Shown here: one piece after another, positions 37,471 to 47,401 of the stretch
Position numbering within the stretch: the stretch's first letter is position 1
How the letters are laid out: each line of letters opens with the position of its first letter
Source of the DNA: Candidatus Latescibacterota bacterium
Lineage (GTDB): Bacteria > Latescibacterota > UBA2968 > GCA-2709665
Direction: 5' to 3'
Length of the DNA: 64,000 nucleotides
NCBI GenBank assembly: GCA_965219995.1
Contig: CBDCOX010000002.1
Span: 64,001 to 128,000, forward strand
Made by a program: the position numbers and the translations under genes
Notes under the pieces: model-generated
Seen by the model: only the letters and a program-made list of their open reading frames with translations
What the model was told of the DNA's origin: nothing
Databases searched by the model: none

Positions 37471-38337
37471 ATGATTCCCAGCCCATTCGACTATCACGCG
37501 CCGAAGACCCTGAGAAAGGCGCTCAGTCTGCTTCAGGAACACGGCGGCGACGCGAAGATCCTGGCAGGCGGCCACAGCCTGATCCCGCTGATGAAGCTGC
37601 GGTTCGCCTCGCCGGCAACCCTCATCGACCTGGGCGGCATTTCGGGTCTGCGGAAGGTCGTCGCGGGAAACGAAACCATCTCGATCGGCGCCCTTGCGAC
37701 GCACCACGCGGTGGAGAGCCACCGGCTGCTGAAATCCAGATGCGGCCTGCTCCCTGAAACCGCGTCGGCGATCGGCGACGTCCAGGTGCGCAATCGCGGC
37801 ACGGTGGGCGGAAGCCTGGTTCACGCGGATCCCGCAGCGGACTGGCCAGCCGCGATGCTGGCGTTGAACGCCGAACTCGACGTCTCCGGCCCCGGCGGCG
37901 ACCGGAGCGTTGCCATCGGCGATTTCTTCGAAGACCTGCTCACCACCGCCATCGGCGACGACGAAATCCTCACCCGAATCCGCATCGCCACGCCGCCGGC
38001 CGGCTCCGGAGGCGCGTACGTCAAGATGCATCAGTCCGCCTCGGGATTCGCCATCTGCGGCGTTGCCGCGCAGGTCACACGGAGCAACGGCGCCTGCACG
38101 TCGGTCGCCATCGGCGTCACGGGCGTTTCGGCGGTGGCCTACAGGGCTTCTGCCGCGGAAGCCGCGCTGCAGGGCGGACCGCTCGATGCCGAGACCATCG
38201 CCGCGGCGGCCGACAAGGCCGCCGACGGCGTCGATGACTTTCAGGAAGACCACCATGCCTCGGGCGAGTACCGGGCGCACCTGGCCAGGGTCTTCACGCG
38301 CCAGGCGCTTACCCGGGCCGCCGAGCGGGCTGCCTGA
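37471..38337 (+). CDS. coxM: FAD-binding medium subunit, CoxM-like
   Basis: MIPSPFDYHAP, LAGGHSLIP, VRNRGTVGGSLVHADP, ASGEYR. Confidence 0.9.
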   Translation: MIPSPFDYHAPKTLRKALSLLQEHGGDAKILAGGHSLIPLMKLRFASPATLIDLGGISGLRKVVAGNETISIGALATHHAVESHRLLKSRCGLLPETASAIGDVQVRNRGTVGGSLVHADPAADWPAAMLALNAELDVSGPGGDRSVAIGDFFEDLLTTAIGDDEILTRIRIATPPAGSGGAYVKMHQSASGFAICGVAAQVTRSNGACTSVAIGVTGVSAVAYRASAAEAALQGGPLDAETIAAAADKAADGVDDFQEDHHASGEYRAHLARVFTRQALTRAAERAA

Positions 38338-38437
38338 AAGCGTCAGATCAACCGAACAGATCATCGCGTGCGTCCGGTAGTGTCTCCGGGCGCACGCGAG
38401 CGCGTACCCACCCGCCGTAACTCCTGAGGAGGCGCAT

Positions 38438-38947
38438 TTGAAACTGCAGGGCACGCATACGATCAACGCGCCGCGCGAGCGTGTCTTCGACCTGCTCACC
38501 GACCCCGAGGCCCTCGCCAGGTGCATTCCCGGGGCCCGCAATCTGGCGCTTGTAGGGGAGAACACGTACGAACTGGAAATCAACGCCGGCGTGGGGCCCA
38601 TCAGAGGCAGTTACAGCGGCACGGTCCGCCTGGAAGACCTGGACCCGCCCCAACACTATCGCATGGTCGTGGATGCAAAGGGCAAGACCGGGTTCGTCAA
38701 GGGCGAGGGAAGCATCGACCTCGCCGACGAGGACGACGGTACGCAGGTATCCTACAGCGGCAACGTGCAGCTTGGCGGCCCCGTGGCGGCGGTGGGACAG
38801 CGGTTGCATCTGAGTGTCTCGAAGATGATGACGCGACAGCTCTTCGGCGCGATCGAGGCCGAGGCCAACGCTGCGCCCGGAGAATCCGTCAAGCATGGCA
38901 TCCTGCGGGACTATCTGCGCGGGAAGAAGCCCGGCGACGGGCAATAG
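38438..38947 (+). CDS. coxG: CoxG-like SRPBCC protein
   Basis: APRERVFDLLTDPEALARCIPG, GPVAAVGQRL; follows coxSLM. Confidence 0.85.
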   Translation: MKLQGTHTINAPRERVFDLLTDPEALARCIPGARNLALVGENTYELEINAGVGPIRGSYSGTVRLEDLDPPQHYRMVVDAKGKTGFVKGEGSIDLADEDDGTQVSYSGNVQLGGPVAAVGQRLHLSVSKMMTRQLFGAIEAEANAAPGESVKHGILRDYLRGKKPGDGQ

Positions 38948-38993
38948 CGTTGCGAGCCCGGACCGGAGTGTCGAAGAAACGGCTGAGTTCCCC

Positions 38994-39359
38994 ATGCCCC
39001 ATATCAACTGGAACGACGTCCCCGTCAACGATCTCGCCCCCGGTGTGCGTATCCGCGCGCCCTACGGCGAGAATCTCATGATCTCCCTGCTGGAAATGGA
39101 CGAAGGCGCGGTGGTGCCGCTGCACCATCATCCGCACGAGCAGGGCGGAATCATGCTCGAAGGACGGGTCGAGCTGACGATCGGCGACGTCACCCGTACG
39201 GTAGAAAAGGACGACGCCTATCTCATCCCGCCCAATGTGCCGCATCGAGCGGTGGCCGTGGACGGCCCGGCGGTTGTGCTGGACATCTTCAGCCCGGTCA
39301 GGGAAGACTACGTGGAACTGGGCAACCGCTACATTCCTCCGGATGACAGGCCGGGATAG
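38994..39359 (+). CDS. Cupin domain protein
   Basis: VPLHHHPHEQ, IPPNVPH, LDIFSPVREDY. Confidence 0.9.
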   Translation: MPHINWNDVPVNDLAPGVRIRAPYGENLMISLLEMDEGAVVPLHHHPHEQGGIMLEGRVELTIGDVTRTVEKDDAYLIPPNVPHRAVAVDGPAVVLDIFSPVREDYVELGNRYIPPDDRPG

Positions 39360-39367
39360 CCAGTCCG

Positions 39368-39540
39368 TGAGACGGGAGACGTTAGACGTGAGATGATGTA
39401 AGTGCCTGTTCGGTATCATCTCTTGCCGGAGGCATAAAGGTATAACCAATCGGGCAAGGACGTCTTCTCCCGTCTCCCGTCTCCCGTCTCACCGCTTTCA
39501 GTTCTTCCTTCTTCCTTCTTCCTTCTACCCTCTCCCCGCT
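39368..39540. repeat. Single copy of the GAGACG/CGTCTC MITE-like 100-bp family between convergent genes
   Basis: TGAGACGGGAGACG...GCCGGAGGC...CCAATCGGGCAAGGA...CGTCTCCCGTCTCCCGTCTCA inverted arms. Confidence 0.85.
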
Positions 39541-39553
39541 TTCGGGTTTTTCC

Positions 39554-42500
39554 CTACCGTGACTTCGCAGGGTCCGTAGACTTGAGTAGATTCCCTGCAA
39601 ACCCCCTCAGAAAATGCCTCAGGTCATCCAGATAGGTATAGAACAGCGGCACCACGAAGAGCGTCAGGACCGTGGACGACAAGAGGCCGCCGATCATCGT
39701 GATGCCCAGCGGGGCGTAGGGCGTGCCGAGCATGGTCGCGGATCCCGCGGCCATCGGGAACAGTCCGAAGACCGTTGTAAAGGTGGTCATCAGAATCGGC
39801 CGGAACCGGTTGTATCCGGCCTCCTCGATCGCCTCTGAGCGGCTCATACCGCTCCCCCTCAACCGATTGATCATATCCACCAGCACGATCGCGTTGTTCA
39901 CGACCACGCCGATGAGCAGAATGATACCCATCTGGGCCATCTTCCCCATGACGGTGTTCGTCAGGAACAGACTCCAGTACACGCCCAGAAACGCGAAGGG
40001 GATCGACAACAGGACCGCGAACGGAAGCACGAAGGACTCGAACAGCACGCCCATCAGCAGGAAGACGCAGGTAATCGCCATCACGATTGCGAACGACATC
40101 GTATCGTCGGACTCCTGGAATCTGGAATAGGTCTCTCCCTTGTTCCAGGAATACCCCCGCGGCATGGCGAATCCCACCATCGCGCGGTCGATCTGTTCCC
40201 ACAACCCTTTCAGGTCTTCCTGCGTTGTAAATGCCCGCACCCGCATCCGCATTTTTCCGTCCTCGCGCCGAATATTGCCGCTGCCTTCCGTAATGTTGAA
40301 CGAGGCGAATGCCGAGAGGGGAATCTGGGTACCGGTATTCGAGCGAAACGGGAATTTCTTGAGTTGTGCCAGCGTCTGGCGATCGTCTTCGTCCATGAAC
40401 AGCCGGACTGAAATCATCCGGTCGTCGTCGTGATACGGCGCCAGGTTGACCCCGCGCAACTGGTAGGAAATGCTGCGGCCCACGGCCCGGGCGGAAATCC
40501 CGTACGCGTGCGCCTGTTCCTTGTTGACGAGCACCTGCACTTCCTTTTCCGCGTATTCCAGGTCGCTGTCCACGCTGACGACGTCCGGAATCGCCTCCAC
40601 CCGCTGTCGCACGGCCTCCGACAGCCGCCCCAGCAGATCGATGTCGTCTCCGTAGAGATAAACCGAGACTCCCGGCTCACTGCGCCACCGCGTCTGAACC
40701 ATCACCCGCACACCGACGAATTTCGGTATGTGTTTCTTGACGTCCTCGATTACCTCCGCCCGGGTCATCTGCCCCTTGACGGGAAGACCGGCTTTCTTTC
40801 GAACGCTCTTGTAAAACTGGTACCACCAGTCCCTGTTCGGCTCTTCTTTCAGATACACCCGGATAAAACCCCGGATAAGACTGCTCTGTCGCCAGTAACC
40901 CAGCCGCACCGTTTCTATCCGGTAGGCGTCCCGTTTGCTGTCCAGGAAATCCTCGATCTGGGTTGCGACACGTTCCATCTCCGCACGTTTGAAAAAGGGC
41001 GGGGCATTGAATCGAATGAAAAATTCGTTGTTTACCCGGGCGCGACCGGTGGTCTTCTTGACGTTCGAAACCGGATAGAAAACCGAAACAAACAGGATGA
41101 TGAAGATCAGGGAAGCATCACGCCGGTGATTCAGAATCCACCGAAGGCCTCCTTGGTATTTCCGCCGCATCCACCGGACCGACCCCGGATCCTTCCTTGC
41201 GGCGTGCCTGCCGAGAAGCTTCGCCGCAAGGGGGATGAAGATCAGCGCCACGAAGAGAGACCCCAACAGCGACACGACCACCGGAATACCGACCCTGGTG
41301 AGTTCGAACGTCAGCCCCATGTCTCCCGTCATAAACATCAACGGCAGGAAGACCACCACCGTGGTCAGCGTCGCCATCGATATGGCCATGCCCACCTCGC
41401 TGGCGCCGGTAACGGACGCCTTGTGCGCATCCATTCCCTTCGCCCGCATCCGATAGATGTTCTCCACGATCACGATCGCGTTATCCACCACCATTCCCAT
41501 CCCCACCATCAGGCCCATCATGGTCAGCAGATTCAACGACCAGTCCAGAAAATAGAGCACGGAAATCGTCATCATGATGCACAGTGGAATCGACAGGGTA
41601 ATCAGGGCCGTCATCCGCACGGCGCGGAGGAAATACAGCAGGATCAGGGAGGCGAACAGGGCGCCCCAGATCGCGGTCGTTCGAATATTGTCTATCGAAT
41701 CCCGCACCGCCCGGCCCTGATCCCACAAAACGTTGAACTGTGCTCCGGTCTCCTGGGCGATCCGATCCAGTTCCTCCTTCACCCGGACCGATACGTCCAC
41801 GACGTTGGCGCTCGATTCCTTGTACACGTCGAGCCCGACGGCTTCCTTGCCATTGATTCGCCAGGATCCCAGGCGCGGCGGTATTCCGAACAGCACGCCT
41901 CCCACGTCGGATACGGTGACGGGATCCAGGCCGTTCGACCGCCTGATGGGTATCCGGCGGATCTCGTCCATGTCCCGATACCGCGCCAGGGAGCGGATGA
42001 AGTATTTCTTGCCGCCCTCCTGCAGGTGACCGCCGGCCAGCGCGAAGTTCTCCCCCTGCAGCGCCTGTACCACGTCGGCGGGTCGGACGCCCAGCGAACG
42101 CATGCGCTCCTGCAGCACAACGACCGTGATCTCCTTCCTGAATCTCCCCCAGAAAGAGATCTTCGCCACCCCGTCGATCCGCTCCAGACGCCGTTGAACC
42201 CTGTCTTCAATGAAGGACTGGATATCCTCAAGTCCCTCGGGCGGGGCCACCCCCATCCATATAATTTCCTGGTCGGTCTCCTCGTTATACTTCCACACAC
42301 CCGTTCTCTCGCGCTTCTCGGGGGGCAATTCCAGTTTCAGCCGGTCAAACCGGTCCATGACCTGGTTGTAGGCCAGGGACATGTCGGTCTCCGGACGAAA
42401 CCTCAGACCGGCATTCGCCCAGTCCTTGCCGGCCCACGTTCGCATTGACTCGAGGTTTTTCACCGTTCCGAGATAGGTCTCGAACAGCCTGCAAATTTCC

Positions 42501-42700
42501 TGGTCGTTCTCCTTGGGCGACGTATCCCGGCTGTCCACCCACACCCACAACCGTTTCCACTCCCACCCGGACGGAAAGGCCTGAAGGCGTATCTTCGCAT
42601 AAGACACGCAACCGATCACCAGCAGCGCCACGAGGCACATGGCCACCGTGACCGGCCGCGAAATGGAAATCCGCGGCAAGAGCGCTTGTCGGTCTTTCAC
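39554..42700 (-). CDS. AcrB/AcrD/AcrF-family RND efflux permease
   Basis: ISRPVTV, GMVVDNAIVIVENI, GVVVNNAIVLVD, RFRPILMTT; 1048 aa. Confidence 0.93.
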   Translation of the reverse strand: MKDRQALLPRISISRPVTVAMCLVALLVIGCVSYAKIRLQAFPSGWEWKRLWVWVDSRDTSPKENDQEICRLFETYLGTVKNLESMRTWAGKDWANAGLRFRPETDMSLAYNQVMDRFDRLKLELPPEKRERTGVWKYNEETDQEIIWMGVAPPEGLEDIQSFIEDRVQRRLERIDGVAKISFWGRFRKEITVVVLQERMRSLGVRPADVVQALQGENFALAGGHLQEGGKKYFIRSLARYRDMDEIRRIPIRRSNGLDPVTVSDVGGVLFGIPPRLGSWRINGKEAVGLDVYKESSANVVDVSVRVKEELDRIAQETGAQFNVLWDQGRAVRDSIDNIRTTAIWGALFASLILLYFLRAVRMTALITLSIPLCIMMTISVLYFLDWSLNLLTMMGLMVGMGMVVDNAIVIVENIYRMRAKGMDAHKASVTGASEVGMAISMATLTTVVVFLPLMFMTGDMGLTFELTRVGIPVVVSLLGSLFVALIFIPLAAKLLGRHAARKDPGSVRWMRRKYQGGLRWILNHRRDASLIFIILFVSVFYPVSNVKKTTGRARVNNEFFIRFNAPPFFKRAEMERVATQIEDFLDSKRDAYRIETVRLGYWRQSSLIRGFIRVYLKEEPNRDWWYQFYKSVRKKAGLPVKGQMTRAEVIEDVKKHIPKFVGVRVMVQTRWRSEPGVSVYLYGDDIDLLGRLSEAVRQRVEAIPDVVSVDSDLEYAEKEVQVLVNKEQAHAYGISARAVGRSISYQLRGVNLAPYHDDDRMISVRLFMDEDDRQTLAQLKKFPFRSNTGTQIPLSAFASFNITEGSGNIRREDGKMRMRVRAFTTQEDLKGLWEQIDRAMVGFAMPRGYSWNKGETYSRFQESDDTMSFAIVMAITCVFLLMGVLFESFVLPFAVLLSIPFAFLGVYWSLFLTNTVMGKMAQMGIILLIGVVVNNAIVLVDMINRLRGSGMSRSEAIEEAGYNRFRPILMTTFTTVFGLFPMAAGSATMLGTPYAPLGITMIGGLLSSTVLTLFVVPLFYTYLDDLRHFLRGFAGNLLKSTDPAKSR

Positions 42701-42883
42701 GTGAAACTCCTGAATAACCTGGAGTCGAACAACCGGTTCATCGAAAACGGTACAGATAAAAGATACACATCCGGTGTATCGGAAAGCAAATATTCAATTC
42801 GCGAGAACGCGGGCATGTCCGCCAACGTCAAGCATGAAGACACTCACACGGAGGCACAAAGGGAAAAACAGCAATTCGCATTC

Positions 42884-43270
42884 AGCGATCAGCCGTCAGC
42901 TCGAAGCAAATTCGAGAATCTAATTCAAATTCCCCTTTTCCCCAAATTCCCTGCCTCCGGCGGGTTCCTTTTGAAGCGACCAAAAGGAACCAAAAGTCGC
43001 CGCTGGGCGCGGGGCCTGCCACAGGCATAGCGCGAATACCCTCACAGGATGCACGTAGCCCTCTGCCCTGACACCCTCGGAGGAACATCGATCCGCGTAG
43101 CTGGACGGATCAGCGCGCTCTGCTCCGGGTGCCCTCCGATCCGGAGATGCCTTTGTAGATCGAATGGCACCTTTTTGATGAGGACAGCGGTTAGCGATCA
43201 GCCGTCAGTTTGATGCAAGAGACCAAAGTCAACTTTAACTTCCACATCTCCCCAAATTCCCTAACGGCGG
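42884..43270. repeat. Intergenic ~80-bp imperfect direct repeat
   Basis: AGCGATCAGCCGTCAG...CCCCAAATTCCCT...GGCGGG at 42884-42964 and 43193-43271. Confidence 0.65.
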
Positions 43271-43595
43271 GGAGACGTAGACGGGAGATGATGTGAATGC
43301 CTGTTCGGTATCATCTCTTGCCGTAGGCATAGTGGAAGAACCAATCGAGCAAAGATGTCATCTACCGTCTCCCGTCTTGCGTCTCACCGGTCTTCTTGCC
43401 CCGTGCAGTTTCATTTCTTGCCATCGGCATAAAGGAAGAACCATTCGAGCAAGGATGTCATCTACCGTCTCCCGTCTTGCGTCTCACCGGTTTTCTTGCC
43501 CCGTGCAGTTTCATTTCTCGCCGGAGGCTTAAAGGTAGAACCAATGGGGCAAGGATGTCATCTACCGTCTCCCGTCTCACGTCTCACGTCTCCCC
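43270..43595. repeat. Tandem array of three 100-bp units (GAGACG/CGTCTC MITE-like family)
   Basis: TCAT(C/T)TCT(T/C)GCC starts at 43311, 43411 and 43511, an exact 100-nt period. Confidence 0.9.
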
Positions 43596-43614
43596 GCTCT
43601 TCGATTGTTTCCCC

Positions 43615-43643
43615 TTGACAGATGATGGTCAAAATCCTATGTT
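43615..43643 (+). promoter_or_regulatory. sigma70 promoter of the T-box/pheST transcript
   Basis: TTGACA-17 nt-TATGTT immediately before the T-box leader. Confidence 0.75.
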
Positions 43644-43650
43644 CTCACCC

Positions 43651-43965
43651 AAAGCGATGACGGAGGAAAGTAAGCCGTCCCCAACCGGAAAGGGAGGGGG
43701 CGCCCCGGACTGAAAGCGCCCTCGCGGCATGAACGGCCGAAGTTCCCTCTCGAGCTGCAACGCTGAATGCGATTGCCGGCCGCAGTGCAGTATGGAAAAA
43801 AGGAAACCGGCAACCGTTACTAGGCGGCGCCGGTGTCTCCCGCCGACAACAGGGAGGGGCGGTAACGGCCGCCTGTCAAGCGGCGCCTGAAGGGCGCAAA
43901 TAGGGTGGTACCGCGGAAGACGTCACGTCCTTTCGTCCCTATGGGGATGAAAGGTCTTTTTTTTT
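43651..43965 (+). ncRNA. T-box riboswitch, Phe (UUC specifier)
   Basis: 5' AAGCGATGA...AAAGTA, CTGAAAG motif, GAAG-TTC specifier at 43743-43745, CCGTTA, T-box AATAGGGTGGTACCGCG (43899-43915), terminator CCTTTCGTCCC/GGGGATGAAAGG + T9; upstream of pheS. Confidence 0.92.
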
Positions 43966-44030
43966 CGGCCCGGACGTCCGGCCGCGCCGTCTTCCGCCAA
44001 TCCGGAGCACCCACTCCAGGGAGCATTATC

Positions 44031-45617
44031 GTGGATCAATCGACCGACCTGTCGTCCCTTCACGCCCTCGAGATCAAGACGCTGCGCGCGTTCGAAACCT
44101 GCGAGGAACACGAGCTGACCGACGCCGCCCTGCCCGAAGCCGCGGGCATCGGTCCCGGACAGGTCCGGCGCGCCGTCGAATGGCTGCGTTCCAAGGGTCT
44201 CCTGGACGTCGCCGGTGAAGCAACGGTCTCGACCGTCAGCCTCACGGAATCGGGGGTCGCCCTGGCCGGCATCGGTGCGACGCCGGAGGCCGCGCTTTTG
44301 CTGCGCGCCCGGGAAGAGCCCGCACCCACGTTGAAGCACCTGCAGGCGGATACCCGCTTCGACCGCGGAGAATGGGGCAGCGCATACGGCGGGCTGAAGG
44401 CCGAAGGCACAATCAGGCAGGACGGCGGCGCCATCCGCATCGCCGATCCCGACAGAGCCGCCTTCTATACCGAAAGGCTCGTGCCGGGGCTGTTCGGGCG
44501 CTTTCGGGAGGCCGGCGACGATGCCGCGCTGAATCTCGACGACTTTACCGAAGAGATTCAGTCCTATATCCGGGAACGAACGAGCAAACGCGGCAAGGGC
44601 AAGGCCGCCATCCGAGTGGACGAACGCCTGGAACGCACGTACAGGCTTACGCCGGCCGGTAGGGGTACGCTGGAGCGCATTCTGGAATCCGGGCTGACGG
44701 GCGACGAGGTCTCCCGCCTCACGCCGGAGATGTTGCAGTCGGGCGACTGGAGAGACGTCTCGTTCCGGCGGTACGACATCAGCATCAAGCCCCCGCGTAT
44801 TCTCATCGGCCGCCTGCACCCGTACCGCGCCTATCTCGACGGTGTCCGGCGCAAACTGCTGTCTCTCGGGTTCGAGGAAATGAAGGGCCCGCTGGTGGAA
44901 ACCGAATTCTGGAATATGGATGCCCTGTTCATGCCGCAGTTTCACGCGGCACGAAATATCCATGACGCCTATTACGTCAAGGAACCCATCCGTTCGAAAG
45001 CGCCCGAAGAACCCTTCTTCTCCAATGTGGCCGCCGCCCACGCCGACGGCGGCGACACCGGCTCCCGCGGCTGGCGGTACGAATTCAGTCCGGCCCGCGC
45101 GCGCCGTCTCATCCTGCGCAGCCAGGGTACCGCGCTGTCGGGCCGTACGCTTGCTTCCGGACCGAACGTCCCGGGGAAGTATTTCGCGGTTGCGCGATGC
45201 TTCCGGTACGACGACGTCGACGCCACCCACGCTGCCGATTTCTTCCAGGTGGAGGGTATCGTCCTGGGCGAGGGCATCAATTTCCGGAGTCTGCTGGGCC
45301 TGCTGAAGCTGTTTGCGCTGGAGATCGCGCAGTCGGACGAATGCCGGTTTTTGCCGGACTATTTCCCGTTCACCGAGCCCTCGGTCGAGCTCCAGGCCAG
45401 GCACCCGTCTCTGGGCTGGATCGAATTCGGCGGCGCCGGCCTGTTCCGGCCCGAACTCACGCGCCCGCTGGGCGTCGAGGTCCCGGTCATCGCATGGGGT
45501 CTGGGCATCGACCGGATGGCGATGGTAGCCCTGGATATAGACGACATCCGCGACCTGTTCAGCACGGACCTGGATCGGATCCGGAACGAAAGAGAAAACA
45601 GGCCAACGGCGACCTGA
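44031..45617 (+). CDS. pheS: Phenylalanine--tRNA ligase alpha subunit, archaeal/eukaryotic long type
   Basis: 528 aa with ~250-aa N-terminal extension; GRLHP, FWNMDALFMPQFHAAR, FRYDDVDATH, YFPFTEPS, GAGLFRPE, AWGLGIDRMAM. Confidence 0.93.
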   Translation: MDQSTDLSSLHALEIKTLRAFETCEEHELTDAALPEAAGIGPGQVRRAVEWLRSKGLLDVAGEATVSTVSLTESGVALAGIGATPEAALLLRAREEPAPTLKHLQADTRFDRGEWGSAYGGLKAEGTIRQDGGAIRIADPDRAAFYTERLVPGLFGRFREAGDDAALNLDDFTEEIQSYIRERTSKRGKGKAAIRVDERLERTYRLTPAGRGTLERILESGLTGDEVSRLTPEMLQSGDWRDVSFRRYDISIKPPRILIGRLHPYRAYLDGVRRKLLSLGFEEMKGPLVETEFWNMDALFMPQFHAARNIHDAYYVKEPIRSKAPEEPFFSNVAAAHADGGDTGSRGWRYEFSPARARRLILRSQGTALSGRTLASGPNVPGKYFAVARCFRYDDVDATHAADFFQVEGIVLGEGINFRSLLGLLKLFALEIAQSDECRFLPDYFPFTEPSVELQARHPSLGWIEFGGAGLFRPELTRPLGVEVPVIAWGLGIDRMAMVALDIDDIRDLFSTDLDRIRNERENRPTAT

Positions 45618-45672
45618 AGCGCCGGGAGCCGGAATTCGCGCGCATCCCGCGCGTATGCATCGAGGAGCACGC

Positions 45673-47358
45673 ATGCCCACCATCACCGTGATCAGGAAAG
45701 ACCTCGAACGGCTCGCGGGTCAGACCTACGACCTGCCCGAGCTCGAACGGGCCCTCGAGGCTGTCAAAGCCGAGGTCAAGGTCGAAGACGACGCCCTGTT
45801 GAAAATCCAGTTGAAGGATACCAATCGGCCGGATCTCTGGTCGTCGGAGGGCGTCGCCCGGTTGCTCAAGGGGCATCGCGAGGGCGTGCACGAACCCTAT
45901 CCGTTTTTCGAGGACCCGCCAGGGGAACTCGAACTGCGCGTCGACCCCGCGCTGGAAAGCCTCCGTCCCTACATCGCCGCCTTCGCCTGCGAAGGGATCT
46001 CGGTGGACGAAGCGGCCCTCGAGCAGCTCATCGAGGCTCAGGAAAAACTGGCGGAAGGCTACGGTCGCGGTCGAAGCGCCGTTGCCATCGGCATCTACGA
46101 CGCTACCGACGTCGCCTTTCCCGTCCGCTACGCCGCGGCCGATCCGGATGCGACCCGCTTTATCCCGCTGGGAATGGAGACCGGGCTGACGCTTCGGGAT
46201 ATCCTGAGCGAACACCCCACGGGCCGGACGTACGCGCACCTGCTGGAAGGCTTCAGCGCCTTTCCCCTCATCACCGACAGCCGGGGTGAGGTCCTCTCCA
46301 TGCCTCCCGTGATCAACAGCCGGAACCCGGGCGCGGTGGAGGTCGGCGATTCGTTTCTCTTCTGCGAGGCCACCGGAACCGAACTCGACGCCGTGCTGCT
46401 CTCCGTTGCCATCATGGCCGCCAACATGGCCGACCGGGGAGGCCGCATTCTGCCCGTAAACACCATCTATCCTTACAATACACCGCGCGGGCGCGAGATC
46501 CGGTGCCCTCTGGATATGACCGAAACCGTCGAAGTCGACCTGGACGACCTCCGGCGCGTGATCGGCGGCGCCATCGACAACGGAAGCATCGAACGCGCCC
46601 TGGCCGCCATGGGGTACCGGGACGTCGCGTTGGACCCGAATCGCGTCCGGGCCAGGCCGGCGCCATACCGGGACGATATCCTCCATCCCGTGGACCTCAT
46701 CGAAGACGTTATCGTGGCCGTGGGCTTCGACAACTTCGAACCCGAATTGCCGCACGATTTCACCGTCGGCAAGTCCGCGCCCGAGGAGGACCTTGCCGAC
46801 CGCATCCGCGGCCTGATGGTTGGATGCGGGTTCCAGGAAGTCTTTCTGCCGATTCTCTCGTCGCGCGCCGACCTGACGGAGGGCGTGCGCGACACCGGCG
46901 CGGGGATTGTCGAGATCTCCAACCCCATGTCCGAGAACTACAGCGCGGTTCGTAACGCCCTGTTGCCCGGGCTTCTGCGCGTGGAAGCCGCGAGCCGGAA
47001 AGCCCCGTATCCCCATCATATCTTCGAAGTGGGCGAGGTCTGCGTCATCGCGCGGGACGACCTCTACGGCACCCGTACCGAAATCTGCCTGGCTGCGCTG
47101 GAGGCCCACGCCGATGCCAATCTCTCGGGGATCCAGAGCCATCTCGAAGCCATCGCCTACTACCTCGGATTCGACTATCGTCTCACGCCGTCCGAGCACC
47201 CCACGTTTCTGCCCGGGCGGGCGGGCGAAATCCGGTTGGACGGGAATCGCTTCGGCATCATCGGCGAGATCCATCCCGAGGTCCTGGAGAACCGGGGCAT
47301 ATCCGTGCCCGTAAGCGCGTTCGAGGTCAACATCGATATCGCCGGAACGCAATCGTAA
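45673..47358 (+). CDS. pheT: Phenylalanine--tRNA ligase beta subunit, archaeal/eukaryotic short type
   Basis: 561 aa; MPTI start, NRPDLWSSEG, VLSMPPVINS, YRDDILHPVDLIEDV, IFEVGE, IGEIHPEVL; ends without the bacterial B8 anticodon-binding domain. Confidence 0.93.
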   Translation: MPTITVIRKDLERLAGQTYDLPELERALEAVKAEVKVEDDALLKIQLKDTNRPDLWSSEGVARLLKGHREGVHEPYPFFEDPPGELELRVDPALESLRPYIAAFACEGISVDEAALEQLIEAQEKLAEGYGRGRSAVAIGIYDATDVAFPVRYAAADPDATRFIPLGMETGLTLRDILSEHPTGRTYAHLLEGFSAFPLITDSRGEVLSMPPVINSRNPGAVEVGDSFLFCEATGTELDAVLLSVAIMAANMADRGGRILPVNTIYPYNTPRGREIRCPLDMTETVEVDLDDLRRVIGGAIDNGSIERALAAMGYRDVALDPNRVRARPAPYRDDILHPVDLIEDVIVAVGFDNFEPELPHDFTVGKSAPEEDLADRIRGLMVGCGFQEVFLPILSSRADLTEGVRDTGAGIVEISNPMSENYSAVRNALLPGLLRVEAASRKAPYPHHIFEVGEVCVIARDDLYGTRTEICLAALEAHADANLSGIQSHLEAIAYYLGFDYRLTPSEHPTFLPGRAGEIRLDGNRFGIIGEIHPEVLENRGISVPVSAFEVNIDIAGTQS

Positions 47359-47401
47359 ACGCCGAACGAGGCCGCGGAATCCTGCCGCCGACGCGGATAA
47401 C

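Noticed and set aside
32921-43595. 100-bp tandem arrays as CRISPR arrays
   Set aside because: The whole unit is repeated, with no unique spacers; only three units per locus and no cas genes.
43905-44030. Extended PheS N-terminus given by the ORF track
   Set aside because: It overlaps the T-box antiterminator/terminator; the likely start is GTG at 44031 after a GGAG RBS.
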